Positions 1-10,489 of a DNA stretch of 24,000 nt are shown in pieces. The number at the start of each line of letters is the position of its first letter. The first letter of the stretch is position 1. The stretch is from assembly GCA_040758295.1 (NCBI GenBank), contig JBFLVZ010000011.1, forward strand, positions 13,917 through 37,916. The letters are read 5' to 3'. Under the pieces are notes generated by a model. The model saw only the letters and a program-made list of their open reading frames with translations. It did no database searches and was not told the DNA's origin. The stretch comes from Pseudomonadota bacterium (lineage in GTDB: Bacteria; Pseudomonadota; Gammaproteobacteria; Halothiobacillales; Halothiobacillaceae). Both the position numbers and the translations under genes were made by a program.

Positions 1-524
1 CTCGGGGGCGCCACGCTTCTCAGGCGTGCCAGCAGGGCTTGGGCGATGATCTCCTGCATTTCGCCGTGCAGGCGGGCCTCTTCCGAACCTCGGCTGAGGA
101 CGTTGGTCGGGGCATCATGCATGTTGCGGGCGGCCTCGAACACCTCGTTGTCGAGCAGCACCAAGCCCTGCGCATCCTCGGCCTTCACCCGCAGCCGCAG
201 GGTCAGCTCCACCTCGCGGGCGCGGGCACGGGGGTCCAGCACGACCTGGCGGCGGCTGGTGCCGTAGTCGGTGACGGTCAGGCGCAGGCTGGCCTTGGCC
301 GCGTCGCTCACCAGTTCGCCGCCGTTCTGTCGCAGCAGGCGCCCGAGGGCCGCAGCCAGGGCAGGGTCCGGCTGCTTGCCACCGAGGTGGACGCGCTGCA
401 TGACCGGCGGCAGCTCGACCATGCCGCGCGGCTGGAAGCCGCAGGCGGAGAGGGCGAGGGTAAGCCCTCCAAGCAGGAGGGTGCGGCGGGATGGCGCTTG
501 GTGCCTTGTTGGATACTTGCTCAT
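1..524 (-). CDS. lptE: LPS-assembly lipoprotein LptE; C-terminal end runs off the left edge of the window
   Basis: Absent from the ORF track because there is no stop in the window. My translation from the ATG at 524-522 (minus) gives MSKYPTRHQAPSRRTLLLGGLTLALSACGFQPRGMVELPPVMQRVHLGG..., open to position 1. It has a lipobox (L-S-A-C) after a hydrophobic stretch and an AAGAGGG RBS just upstream. It lies immediately downstream of leuS, as in the conserved leuS-lptE-holA arrangement. Confidence 0.7.
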   Translation of the reverse strand, partial: MSKYPTRHQAPSRRTLLLGGLTLALSACGFQPRGMVELPPVMQRVHLGGKQPDPALAAALGRLLRQNGGELVSDAAKASLRLTVTDYGTSRRQVVLDPRARAREVELTLRLRVKAEDAQGLVLLDNEVFEAARNMHDAPTNVLSRGSEEARLHGEMQEIIAQALLARLRSVAPP

Positions 525-543
525 TCACCCTCTTCCCCCCACA

Positions 544-563
544 CCTCCCCCTCAAGGGGGAGG
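544..563. repeat. REP-like GC hairpin, family 1 copy A (CCTCCCCC-TCAA-GGGGGAGG) in the leuS-lptE spacer
   Basis: Perfect 8-bp stem with a 4-nt loop, read directly. A C-rich run precedes it. Same style as the copies at 600-624 and 1128-1164. Confidence 0.6.
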
Positions 564-599
564 GGAGTGTCTAGGAAACACGGAAAGCCTGGTGCGTTC

Positions 600-624
600 C
601 CTCCTCCCCTGGCGGGGGAGGAGG
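600..624. repeat. REP-like GC hairpin, family 1 copy B (CCTCCTCCCC-TGGCG-GGGGAGGAGG), abutting the leuS stop codon
   Basis: Perfect 10-bp stem, 600-609 pairing with 615-624. It starts one nt after the leuS TAA (625-627, minus strand). No U-tract follows, so it looks more like a REP or mRNA-stabilising hairpin than an intrinsic terminator. Confidence 0.6.
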
Positions 625-3847
<3,223 letters not shown>

Positions 3848-3880
3848 ACCAAGCAGAATCTATCGATCACGCACAAAACT

Positions 3881-3918
3881 TATGGTCATGGGTTTTTGAC
3901 CATATTCACCATATGGTC
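3881..3918. promoter_or_regulatory. Candidate operator or RNA switch: three interlocking copies of the half-site TATGGTCA upstream of the TonB-receptor operon
   Basis: TATGGTCA (3881-3888) is followed after 8 nt by TGACCATA (3897-3904), a perfect inverted repeat. GACCATAT (3898-3905) is followed after 5 nt by ATATGGTC (3911-3918), a second perfect inverted repeat that shares the middle arm. The middle arm overlaps a TTGACC -35-like hexamer (3896-3901). The site lies in the only AT-richer stretch of this region, about 120 nt upstream of the ATG at 4036. Confidence 0.4.
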
Positions 3919-4035
3919 TTTGAGTCCTTTCACCTTTGGGCATCCGTAGGGTGTCCAATAAATCAGTGACTTGGATGTTGGCATGATGGTTGCCCTCCTT
4001 GCCGCGATTTTTTTCGCGCAAGGAGTTCATGTGTC

Positions 4036-6216
4036 ATGCACCGTTCAGTGATCCCCGTGGCGACGATGGTGGCGGGGGCGTGGGCCCTCGTTGCCGCCGC
4101 CGAGCCCACCGCCCTCGACGCGCTTCGCATCGAGTCCACCACGATCGACGACCGATTCGGCCAGCGCCGCGACGAACCCTCGAGCATCGCGGTCATCAGC
4201 GGTGAGGAGGTGGACCGAAGCCATGCCGAGAACCTGCAGCAGATCCTGCAGGCGATTCCCGGCATCACCACCGAGGTCCAGGGGGGCGACTCGATCAAGA
4301 TCCACATCCGCGGGGTCGAGAACCAGCGCTACATGGGGGAGAAGCCCGGTGTGGCGGTCGTGATCGACGGTGTGCCGGTGTTCGAGCGCACCGGGCGGGT
4401 CAACATCGACCTCGACGATATCGAGTCGGTGCGGGTGATCAAGGGAGGGGCGTCCTACCTGTTCGGTGAGGATGCCCTGTCCGGCGCGGTCATCATCACC
4501 ACCAAGCGCGGCGCACAGAAGAACAAGGTTGAGGCCGAGGCGGGCAGTTTCGGCTACCGCAAGGGGCTGGCGCGCGCCGCCGGCCAGTGGGGCGACCTCG
4601 TCGGCCACCTCCAGGCCTCCACCCGCCAGTCGGACGGTTACTGGCATGATTCCGAGTATCGCGCCGACTACCTGACCGGCAAGCTGCAGTGGTTCGCGGA
4701 TGAGCAGAGCGACGTGACGCTCGGCTTCGAGCGCTCCTGGCGCGAAAAGGACAGCCACGGCACGGTGGACGGCATCACCCAGGCCCGGATCGATCCGCGC
4801 AGCGTCGAGGGACAGGACTACGCGCGCATGTACGACGTGGATCTCGGCAAGGTCTTCCTCAACTACAACCGCGATCTCGCCTCCGGCATGAACTGGCTGA
4901 CGAACGTCTACCGCTTCACCGACCACACCCGCTTCGTCTCCTCCCCCCAGCGCTTCGACGCCCGCGGCCGGGCGATCAGCGATCCCAACGCCTACACCAC
5001 CGGCAACGACTACGAACAGGTCCAGCAGGGGGTCAAGTCCGAGCTGCGCGGCACGGCGGGCCGCCTGGCCTGGCTCGGCGCCATCGACCTGCGCTTCAAC
5101 ACCTATGACAATCGCACCTTCAACCTGGTCGACTACAAGACCTCGCCATCCCCGCGCGCCCCGGTGCGGTATGCGGGGGAGGTGACCTCGCAGGACACCA
5201 CCGACGAGACCGTCACCGCCGCCTACGGCGAGTTGCGTTATCGCGCCACCGACGCCTTGACCCTCACCGCCAACCTGCGCCAGGAGCGCATCGCGCTCAA
5301 TTACGATGATCAGCTTCGCAACCTGGGCCTCGACCGCAGCTTCGATCAGACCTCCTGGCGGTTGGGGGCGAACCATGCCCTCGGCAAGGACGCGGACCTG
5401 TTCGCCAACGTCTCCACGGGGTTCCGCATTCCCACCATCCAGCAGTTGTTCGCCGGCACCATCGACCCGCAGGGCAGTACGGCGAGCAACCCGGCCCTTG
5501 CGCCCGAGCGTTCGCTGACCAAGGAGATCGGCGTGCGCGGTCGTATTGCCGCGGGCATCCCGCTGCGCTACGAGGCCGCCCTGTTCCAGATCGACCGCAA
5601 CGACTACATCGTCGCCACGGCCGGCCAGTACGCCGTGCCAGAAACGGGGGAGGTCAACCGTTACGAGAATGTTGGCGGTGCGCGCTCGCGCGGTATGGAA
5701 CTGGCCCTCAGCGGCGTCGTGAATCCGCAATGGTCCTTCGATCTGGCCTACACCCTGCTCGATGCGGAATACACCAGCCACGCCAACTTCAACCTGCTGT
5801 TGGGCGATCGTTGGGGCGGGAACTACCTGATCGAACACTACGACCTGCTTGGCAACAGCATCCCGCGCACCCCTCGCCACCACGCCAACCTGCGCATGCA
5901 CTACCGTCCCTCCGAACCGTGGCTGGTCACCGCGGAGCTGGACACCGTGTCCGGCTACTACGCCGACGAGCTGAACCGCCTGCGCATCGGTGGACACACC
6001 CTCGTCAACCTGTTCGGCTCCTACGAGATCCGGCGCGGCCGAAGCGTGACCTGGACACTGTTCGCGCGCATCGACAACCTGTTCGACCGCGACTACTTCA
6101 ACACCGCGCGCGCCCACTACGACGCCAACGGCGATGGTGTGTTCGACCTGGAGGACACCAGCCTGACCGTCAATCCCGGCCGGGTCTGGACGGCGGGCTT
6201 CAATGCCCAGTTCTGA
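4036..6216 (+). CDS. TonB-dependent outer-membrane receptor, substrate unknown
   Basis: 726 aa. N-terminal signal peptide (MVAGAWALVAAA), a TonB-box-like LRIESTTI, and a plug region (IAVISGEEVDRSHAENLQQILQAIPGI...IHIRGV...VVIDGVPV...IESVRVIKGGASYLFGEDALSGAVIITTKRG). A long beta-barrel follows, ending in the terminal aromatic ...WTAGFNAQF. AAGGAG lies 10 nt upstream. No cysteines. Confidence 0.9.
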   Translation: MHRSVIPVATMVAGAWALVAAAEPTALDALRIESTTIDDRFGQRRDEPSSIAVISGEEVDRSHAENLQQILQAIPGITTEVQGGDSIKIHIRGVENQRYMGEKPGVAVVIDGVPVFERTGRVNIDLDDIESVRVIKGGASYLFGEDALSGAVIITTKRGAQKNKVEAEAGSFGYRKGLARAAGQWGDLVGHLQASTRQSDGYWHDSEYRADYLTGKLQWFADEQSDVTLGFERSWREKDSHGTVDGITQARIDPRSVEGQDYARMYDVDLGKVFLNYNRDLASGMNWLTNVYRFTDHTRFVSSPQRFDARGRAISDPNAYTTGNDYEQVQQGVKSELRGTAGRLAWLGAIDLRFNTYDNRTFNLVDYKTSPSPRAPVRYAGEVTSQDTTDETVTAAYGELRYRATDALTLTANLRQERIALNYDDQLRNLGLDRSFDQTSWRLGANHALGKDADLFANVSTGFRIPTIQQLFAGTIDPQGSTASNPALAPERSLTKEIGVRGRIAAGIPLRYEAALFQIDRNDYIVATAGQYAVPETGEVNRYENVGGARSRGMELALSGVVNPQWSFDLAYTLLDAEYTSHANFNLLLGDRWGGNYLIEHYDLLGNSIPRTPRHHANLRMHYRPSEPWLVTAELDTVSGYYADELNRLRIGGHTLVNLFGSYEIRRGRSVTWTLFARIDNLFDRDYFNTARAHYDANGDGVFDLEDTSLTVNPGRVWTAGFNAQF

Positions 6217-6225
6217 GGAGGCTGC

Positions 6226-7041
6226 ATGAACAGGATATTTCTGGCCCTGTTGGGGCTCGGCCTCGTCATGCCCGCCTGGGCGGGCGGCGAGCTGGCCTGG
6301 CGTCCTCCCGCCCCGGCGGCCGGGCAAGCCTCCCATGGAGGTCACGCCACGAAGTCCTCGGGCTGGCGCCTGGATGGGATGGGGGAGGGCGTGCAGGCGC
6401 GGATGATCGCCCCGGATCTGAGCGTCCACTCCTTGGAGGCACGCGGCGTAGCCTTCCCCATGCCGCGCACGGGAATGGACTACTACCACGCGCTGGTGGC
6501 CAGCCGTGCGGGGGAGTGGCGGGTGGAGACCGCCATCCGCTACGTGCCGCTGGGCGGCCGCCCCTCCGGGCACAGCCCGGCGGAGGTCGTGGCGCTGCCC
6601 AAGGCGCGGCTCGAGATCGTGCCCGATCCCCTGCCGCGCGAGCACTGGCGCTACCAGGGGGACCAGGCGGCACGCTTCGCCCTGCGCTTCGACGGCCAGC
6701 CCTTGGCGGGGCGGGCCATGCGCCTGACCAGCGCGAAGGGGAGCGAGCTCGTCGTCCAGACGGATGCACGCGGCCGGGCCGAGATCGTTGTTCCGGACGA
6801 CCTGGACCCCGCAGCCGGACAGCGGCAGGCTGGGGAGATGACCCTCGTGGCCGAACACAGGGATGGGCAGGGCGTGTTGCACGTCACCACCCTGAGCGCG
6901 GCCTACGCGCCCTCGCCCGCGCACTGGAAGTCCCTGCCGCTCGGCGCCTTCATGGGGGTGGCAGGCCTTGTGGGCGGCCTCGCCGCCCGGCCCCTGCTCC
7001 TCCGCGCCGCCAAGACCCTTCCCAAGAGGAAGACATCATGA
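6226..7041 (+). CDS. Secreted, C-terminally membrane-anchored protein of unknown function; DUF4198-like beta-sandwich by motif resemblance
   Basis: GGAGG lies 5 nt upstream. Signal peptide MNRIFLALLGLGLVMPAWA. SHGGH motif near the mature N-terminus. The segment LEIVPDPLP...ARFALRFDGQPLAGRAMRL...VQTDARGRAEIVVP resembles the periplasmic DUF4198/NikM-type Ig-like domain. C-terminal TM helix (LPLGAFMGVAGLVGGLAA) plus a basic tail. High GC3 codon usage. The family call is from memory, not a search. Confidence 0.55.
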   Translation: MNRIFLALLGLGLVMPAWAGGELAWRPPAPAAGQASHGGHATKSSGWRLDGMGEGVQARMIAPDLSVHSLEARGVAFPMPRTGMDYYHALVASRAGEWRVETAIRYVPLGGRPSGHSPAEVVALPKARLEIVPDPLPREHWRYQGDQAARFALRFDGQPLAGRAMRLTSAKGSELVVQTDARGRAEIVVPDDLDPAAGQRQAGEMTLVAEHRDGQGVLHVTTLSAAYAPSPAHWKSLPLGAFMGVAGLVGGLAARPLLLRAAKTLPKRKTS

Positions 7042-8111
7042 ACCCGCTGAAGAACCTGTCCGTGCTGCGCAAGCTGGTCCAGCTCGCCGCCTTCGTCTTC
7101 CTGGTCTACGGTTCTGCCGTCGTCGGCTTCTACGCCGCTGACAAGCTTTCCGGTGCGTTGCCCGCCCTGGCCTGCGCCTACGATGGCCAGACCGCGGATT
7201 ACTGCGTTCTGGTCCCGGTCCAGCACCAGATGCATCACCGCCTGGGCGAGGTCCTGGTGGGCGGCGGCGAGATCCTCAAGGCGCTGATGCCCACCCTGAT
7301 CTCGCTCGGCACCTTCCTCATCCTGTTCGTCCTGCTGAACAAGGCCTTCTGCGGCTGGATCTGCCCGCTCGGCTTCTTCCAGGAGGTGACCCACCTGCTG
7401 GGGCAGAAGCTCGGCTTCAGGCAGGTGGAATCGCTGTCCGACAAGGTGGTGGACCGCATCCGGCCATGGAAGTGGGCGATGCTCGGCGGCCTCGTGTTCG
7501 GCCTGCCGGTGCTGGCGGGGATGGGGGTGGCGGCGCACGAGCTGGGCAACCCGTTCTGCGACATCTGCCCGAGCCGCATCCTCACCACCCTGGCCACCGG
7601 CGACACCGGGCAGCTGGTCGTCGACACGACCAGCACCACCACCATCGTCCTGTCCATGCTCGGCACCTTTCTGTTCGGTCTGATGGTGGCCCTGGGCATG
7701 ACCCTGCGCCAGCCCTTTTGCCGCATCTGTCCCATGCTTGCCCTGCACGCGGTGTTCCGCAGGCTCGGTCTTGCCCGGCTGGTCAAGCACGCCACCCCGC
7801 GCTGCGATCGCTGCGGCCTGTGTGCGAAGGCCTGCCCGATGGACATCCGCGAGATCCACACCGACATGACGCGCAAGGACGTCACCTTCGCGGACTGCAC
7901 GTTGTGCGGGCGCTGCGTGGAATTCTGCCCGGACAAGGGCGTGCTGCAGATCCGTTACCTCGGCCTGCCGCTGTTCCACTCGAGTCCAGCCTACTTCAAG
8001 GCGCGCAAGAAGGCCCAGACCGAGTGGGAGGCGGTGCGACTTCACACCTTCAAGGGCATTCCCATCGTCCCGGCGCGGGATGAGAGCGCCGCAGGTGAGA
8101 AACGCTCATGA
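7038..8111 (+). CDS. Membrane-bound polyferredoxin, NapH/MauN/YccM/CcoG-like (2x[4Fe-4S] plus CxxCP membrane motifs)
   Basis: Start at ATG 7038 overlaps the upstream stop (ATGA). The track ORF from 5730 is an artefactual N-terminal extension over other genes. 357 aa with about 4 TM helices. Motifs: FCGWICPLG, FCDICPSR and FCRICPM, then two ferredoxin motifs, CDRCGLCAKACP and CTLCGRCVEFCP. Confidence 0.8.
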   Translation: MNPLKNLSVLRKLVQLAAFVFLVYGSAVVGFYAADKLSGALPALACAYDGQTADYCVLVPVQHQMHHRLGEVLVGGGEILKALMPTLISLGTFLILFVLLNKAFCGWICPLGFFQEVTHLLGQKLGFRQVESLSDKVVDRIRPWKWAMLGGLVFGLPVLAGMGVAAHELGNPFCDICPSRILTTLATGDTGQLVVDTTSTTTIVLSMLGTFLFGLMVALGMTLRQPFCRICPMLALHAVFRRLGLARLVKHATPRCDRCGLCAKACPMDIREIHTDMTRKDVTFADCTLCGRCVEFCPDKGVLQIRYLGLPLFHSSPAYFKARKKAQTEWEAVRLHTFKGIPIVPARDESAAGEKRS

Positions 8112-8815
8112 ACGAGCTGGCGCCGCTGGGGTTCTTGTCCGCCCTCCTGCTCGGGCTCTCCTACGGGGCGACGGCGTGCAGCATCGCCTGCGTGCCGCTG
8201 GTCGGCCCGGCCCTGCTTGGGCGCGGGGGCGGTGCGGGCGAGTCGTGGCGGATGGTGGCCGCCTTCTCGCTGGGAAGGGTCAGCGGCTACATGGGCATGG
8301 CCTCGGCCTCCGCCCTGCTGGGGCACTGGATTGCGGGGCTGGACGTGCAGTGGGTCATGCGGCTGTTCGTCGGCGGCGGCACGATGGTGCTGGGGGCGCT
8401 CGTGATCCTGCGCGCGGGGCGGGGCGGCGCCTGCCGGGCGATCCCGCCTTCCGCGAGGGGCGATGTGCCCCTGCCCATGCCTGCGACGCGTCCCAGGAAC
8501 ACGCGCCGGGGCCTGCATCTGCTCGGGGCCTATACCACGGGTTTCGGCATGGCCTTCAGCCCCTGCGCGCCGCTGGCGACGATCCTGCTCGCCGCCGCGA
8601 CCGCGGGCAGCCTCGCCGGGGGCATGCTGCTGGGCGCGGGTTTTGGCCTCGGCGCGGCCCTGCTTCCGGCCCTGCTGCTTGGCTTCGGCGCCTCCGCACT
8701 GGCGCACGAGCTGCGCATGCGGGTGGGGCGCTGGCGGGGCATGCTGGAACGCGGGGCTGGGGCCTTCCTGCTGCTGCTCGGGGCCATGGTCGCCCTGGGC
8801 CGGGTGTCGCTGTGA
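8108..8815 (+). CDS. Polytopic membrane protein, DsbD_2 / UreH-like (CcdA superfamily): putative thiol-electron or metal transporter
   Basis: ATG 8108 overlaps the upstream stop (ATGA). 235 aa and very hydrophobic. It has a TM1 CxxxCxP motif (GATACSIACVPLVGP) and a later SPC..P motif (GMAFSPCAPL), as in CcdA/DsbD-core proteins. A Pro/Arg-rich central loop is present. The family call is from motif memory. Confidence 0.55.
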   Translation: MNELAPLGFLSALLLGLSYGATACSIACVPLVGPALLGRGGGAGESWRMVAAFSLGRVSGYMGMASASALLGHWIAGLDVQWVMRLFVGGGTMVLGALVILRAGRGGACRAIPPSARGDVPLPMPATRPRNTRRGLHLLGAYTTGFGMAFSPCAPLATILLAAATAGSLAGGMLLGAGFGLGAALLPALLLGFGASALAHELRMRVGRWRGMLERGAGAFLLLLGAMVALGRVSL

Positions 8816-8820
8816 GGGCG

Positions 8821-10332
8821 TCAGCCCCGGCGCTTCCGGATCAGGCCGCGCAGGGCGAGGCTGGCCAGTCCCAGGCCGGCCAGCAGCCACAGCGGCCACT
8901 CGCCCCAGCGCACGAACGGGGTGGCGCCTTGCATGGGGGTGATCTCGCCGCGCAGGAGGGCCTGCTCGAACTGGGGTGTGCGCGCCACCACCCGGCCGTG
9001 AGGGTCGATCAGGGCGGAGATACCGGTGTTGGTGGCGCGGGCCATCCAACGGCCGCTCTCCAGGCTGCGCATCGCGGCGATTTGCAGGTGCTGATGCGGT
9101 GCGAGCGAGTCGCCGAACCAGGCGTCGTTGCTGGCGTTGATGAGGAAGCGAGCCTCGGGCAGGGCGAGGCGGATCTCGCGCGAGAGCGCGGCCTCGTAGC
9201 AGATCGAGGCGCCCGCAGGGTGGCCGGCCAGCTGGAGGAGGGGCTGCTCATCCGCCCCGGAGGTGAGGTCGGACATCGGCACCTGGATGAAGGCCTTGAA
9301 CGGCTCGATCAAGAAGCGCAGCGGCAGGAACTCGCCAAAGGCGACCAGGTGGCGCTTGTGGTAGCGCCCTCCGTCCACGGGCAGGGTGATCAGGGCGTTG
9401 TAGTAGTGGCCGAAGCGGTCCTCGTCGAACACCCCGGCGACGATCTGGATACCGTGCTCGCGGGCCTTGTCCTGCATCTCGATCAGGAACGGTGCGGCCT
9501 GTGACACGAGGTCCGGCACCGCCGTCTCCGGCCACAGGATCAGCCGGGCATCCTGGTTCGCCTCGGTGAGCGTGCGGTAGGTCGCCAGGGTGGCCTCGAA
9601 GCGCTCGGGGTCGAACTTGCGCGCTTGTTCCACATTGCCCTGCACGATGGCCACCGACACCGGCTCACCGGCAGGCTGAACCCAGGCGATCTGTCCCAGC
9701 GCGAATCCCAGGCCCCACACCCCGGTCAGCAGCGGCAGGGCGATGCGGGCCGTGCGGCGCTTAAGCAAGCCGACGAGGGCGGCCGCGCTCAGCCCCACGG
9801 CAAGGCCCATGCCGTACTCGCCCAGCAGCGGGCCGTAGCCCGCGAGGGGCGTGGCCAGCATGCTCGCGCCGAGGTTCAGCCAGGGGAAGCCGCCGAGGAA
9901 GATGCCGCGCACAAGCTCCAGCAGCAACCAGGCCAGCGGCAGGGCGAGGAACAGCCGCGCAGGTGTGCCGGGCGCGCTCAGCCGCGCGGCGAGCTCGCCG
10001 GCAAGGGCCGGGAAGGCCGCCGCTACGGCGACGAAGAGGAAGGTGATGAGGCCCGCGATGGGAGCGATGGCGTCACCGAACAGGTGGAGGCTGTTGTAGA
10101 CCCAGCTCACCCCCACGCCGAACTGGCCGAGGCCGAAGGCGTAGCCGATCCAGCGTGCCTCGCGTGGCGTGGCCCCCTGCCAGAGCCAGAACAGCCCCGC
10201 GAGGGCGAGGATGGCGACGGGCCACAGGCCGAAGGGGGCGAAGGCCAGCGGTAGGACTGCACCGAGCGGGAGGGCGAGGAGTCGGGCGGTCCGGGGGGAG
10301 AGGCGTGGCATGATGGGGGGCCGGGGGCTCAA
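8821..10332 (-). CDS. lnt: Apolipoprotein N-acyltransferase
   Basis: 503 aa with an N-terminal polytopic membrane part and a C-terminal CN-hydrolase domain (VAIVQGNVEQ..., ILWPETA..., ASICYEA...). Last gene of the conserved miaB-ybeZ-ybeY-corC-lnt cluster. Confidence 0.93.
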   Translation of the reverse strand: MSPRPPIMPRLSPRTARLLALPLGAVLPLAFAPFGLWPVAILALAGLFWLWQGATPREARWIGYAFGLGQFGVGVSWVYNSLHLFGDAIAPIAGLITFLFVAVAAAFPALAGELAARLSAPGTPARLFLALPLAWLLLELVRGIFLGGFPWLNLGASMLATPLAGYGPLLGEYGMGLAVGLSAAALVGLLKRRTARIALPLLTGVWGLGFALGQIAWVQPAGEPVSVAIVQGNVEQARKFDPERFEATLATYRTLTEANQDARLILWPETAVPDLVSQAAPFLIEMQDKAREHGIQIVAGVFDEDRFGHYYNALITLPVDGGRYHKRHLVAFGEFLPLRFLIEPFKAFIQVPMSDLTSGADEQPLLQLAGHPAGASICYEAALSREIRLALPEARFLINASNDAWFGDSLAPHQHLQIAAMRSLESGRWMARATNTGISALIDPHGRVVARTPQFEQALLRGEITPMQGATPFVRWGEWPLWLLAGLGLASLALRGLIRKRRG

Positions 10333-10366
10333 TGATGCGGGGGGATCACAGCGGCACGTGGGCTTT

Positions 10367-10436
10367 CTGTAGGAGGCCCGCCCTCGGGTCGAGGGGCCCT
10401 TCGGCCCTTCATCGCGGCAAGGGCAATGATCCTACG
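10367..10436. repeat. REP-like palindromic element, family 2 (TGTAGGAGGCCCGCCCTCGGGTCGA ... TCCTAC)
   Basis: Located in the corC-lnt spacer. GTAGGA (10369-10374) and TCCTAC (10430-10435) bracket internal GC hairpins: CCCTCG-GGT-CGAGGG, GGGCC-CTTC-GGCCC and GCCCTT-N9-AAGGGC. The first ~24 nt are near-identical to the copy at 12881. Confidence 0.6.
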
Positions 10437-10489
10437 GGGATGCGATGGAGTCGTGAGGAACCCATCCGCGCCAACGGTCTTAGCTTGCC

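Noticed and set aside
3848-4035. Possible cobalamin (or other) riboswitch in the leader of the TonB-receptor gene.
   Set aside because: I could not find the B12-box or the conserved GCCACUG / AGGGAA-type core elements, and the region is short. What is present is the triple half-site reported separately. A covariance-model scan would settle this.
4045-6924. 959-aa minus-strand ORF antisense to the TonB receptor and the next gene. Similar long ORFs occur at 1828-3300(+), 14917-16821(+), 18167-19756(+), 21122-22636(+), 8042-9049(-) and 8080-9504(+).
   Set aside because: These are shadow ORFs, which are typical of GC-rich DNA. Their translations are Arg/Gly/Pro/Ala-rich and low in complexity, with no recognisable motifs. 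Each lies opposite a gene with strong family signatures and proper GC3 bias.
5730-7037. N-terminal 436 aa of the 793-aa track ORF (5730-8111).
   Set aside because: This stretch overlaps the 3' part of the receptor gene and the whole anchored-protein gene in another frame, and it is Arg/Pro-rich nonsense. The real start is ATG 7038, coupled to the upstream stop.
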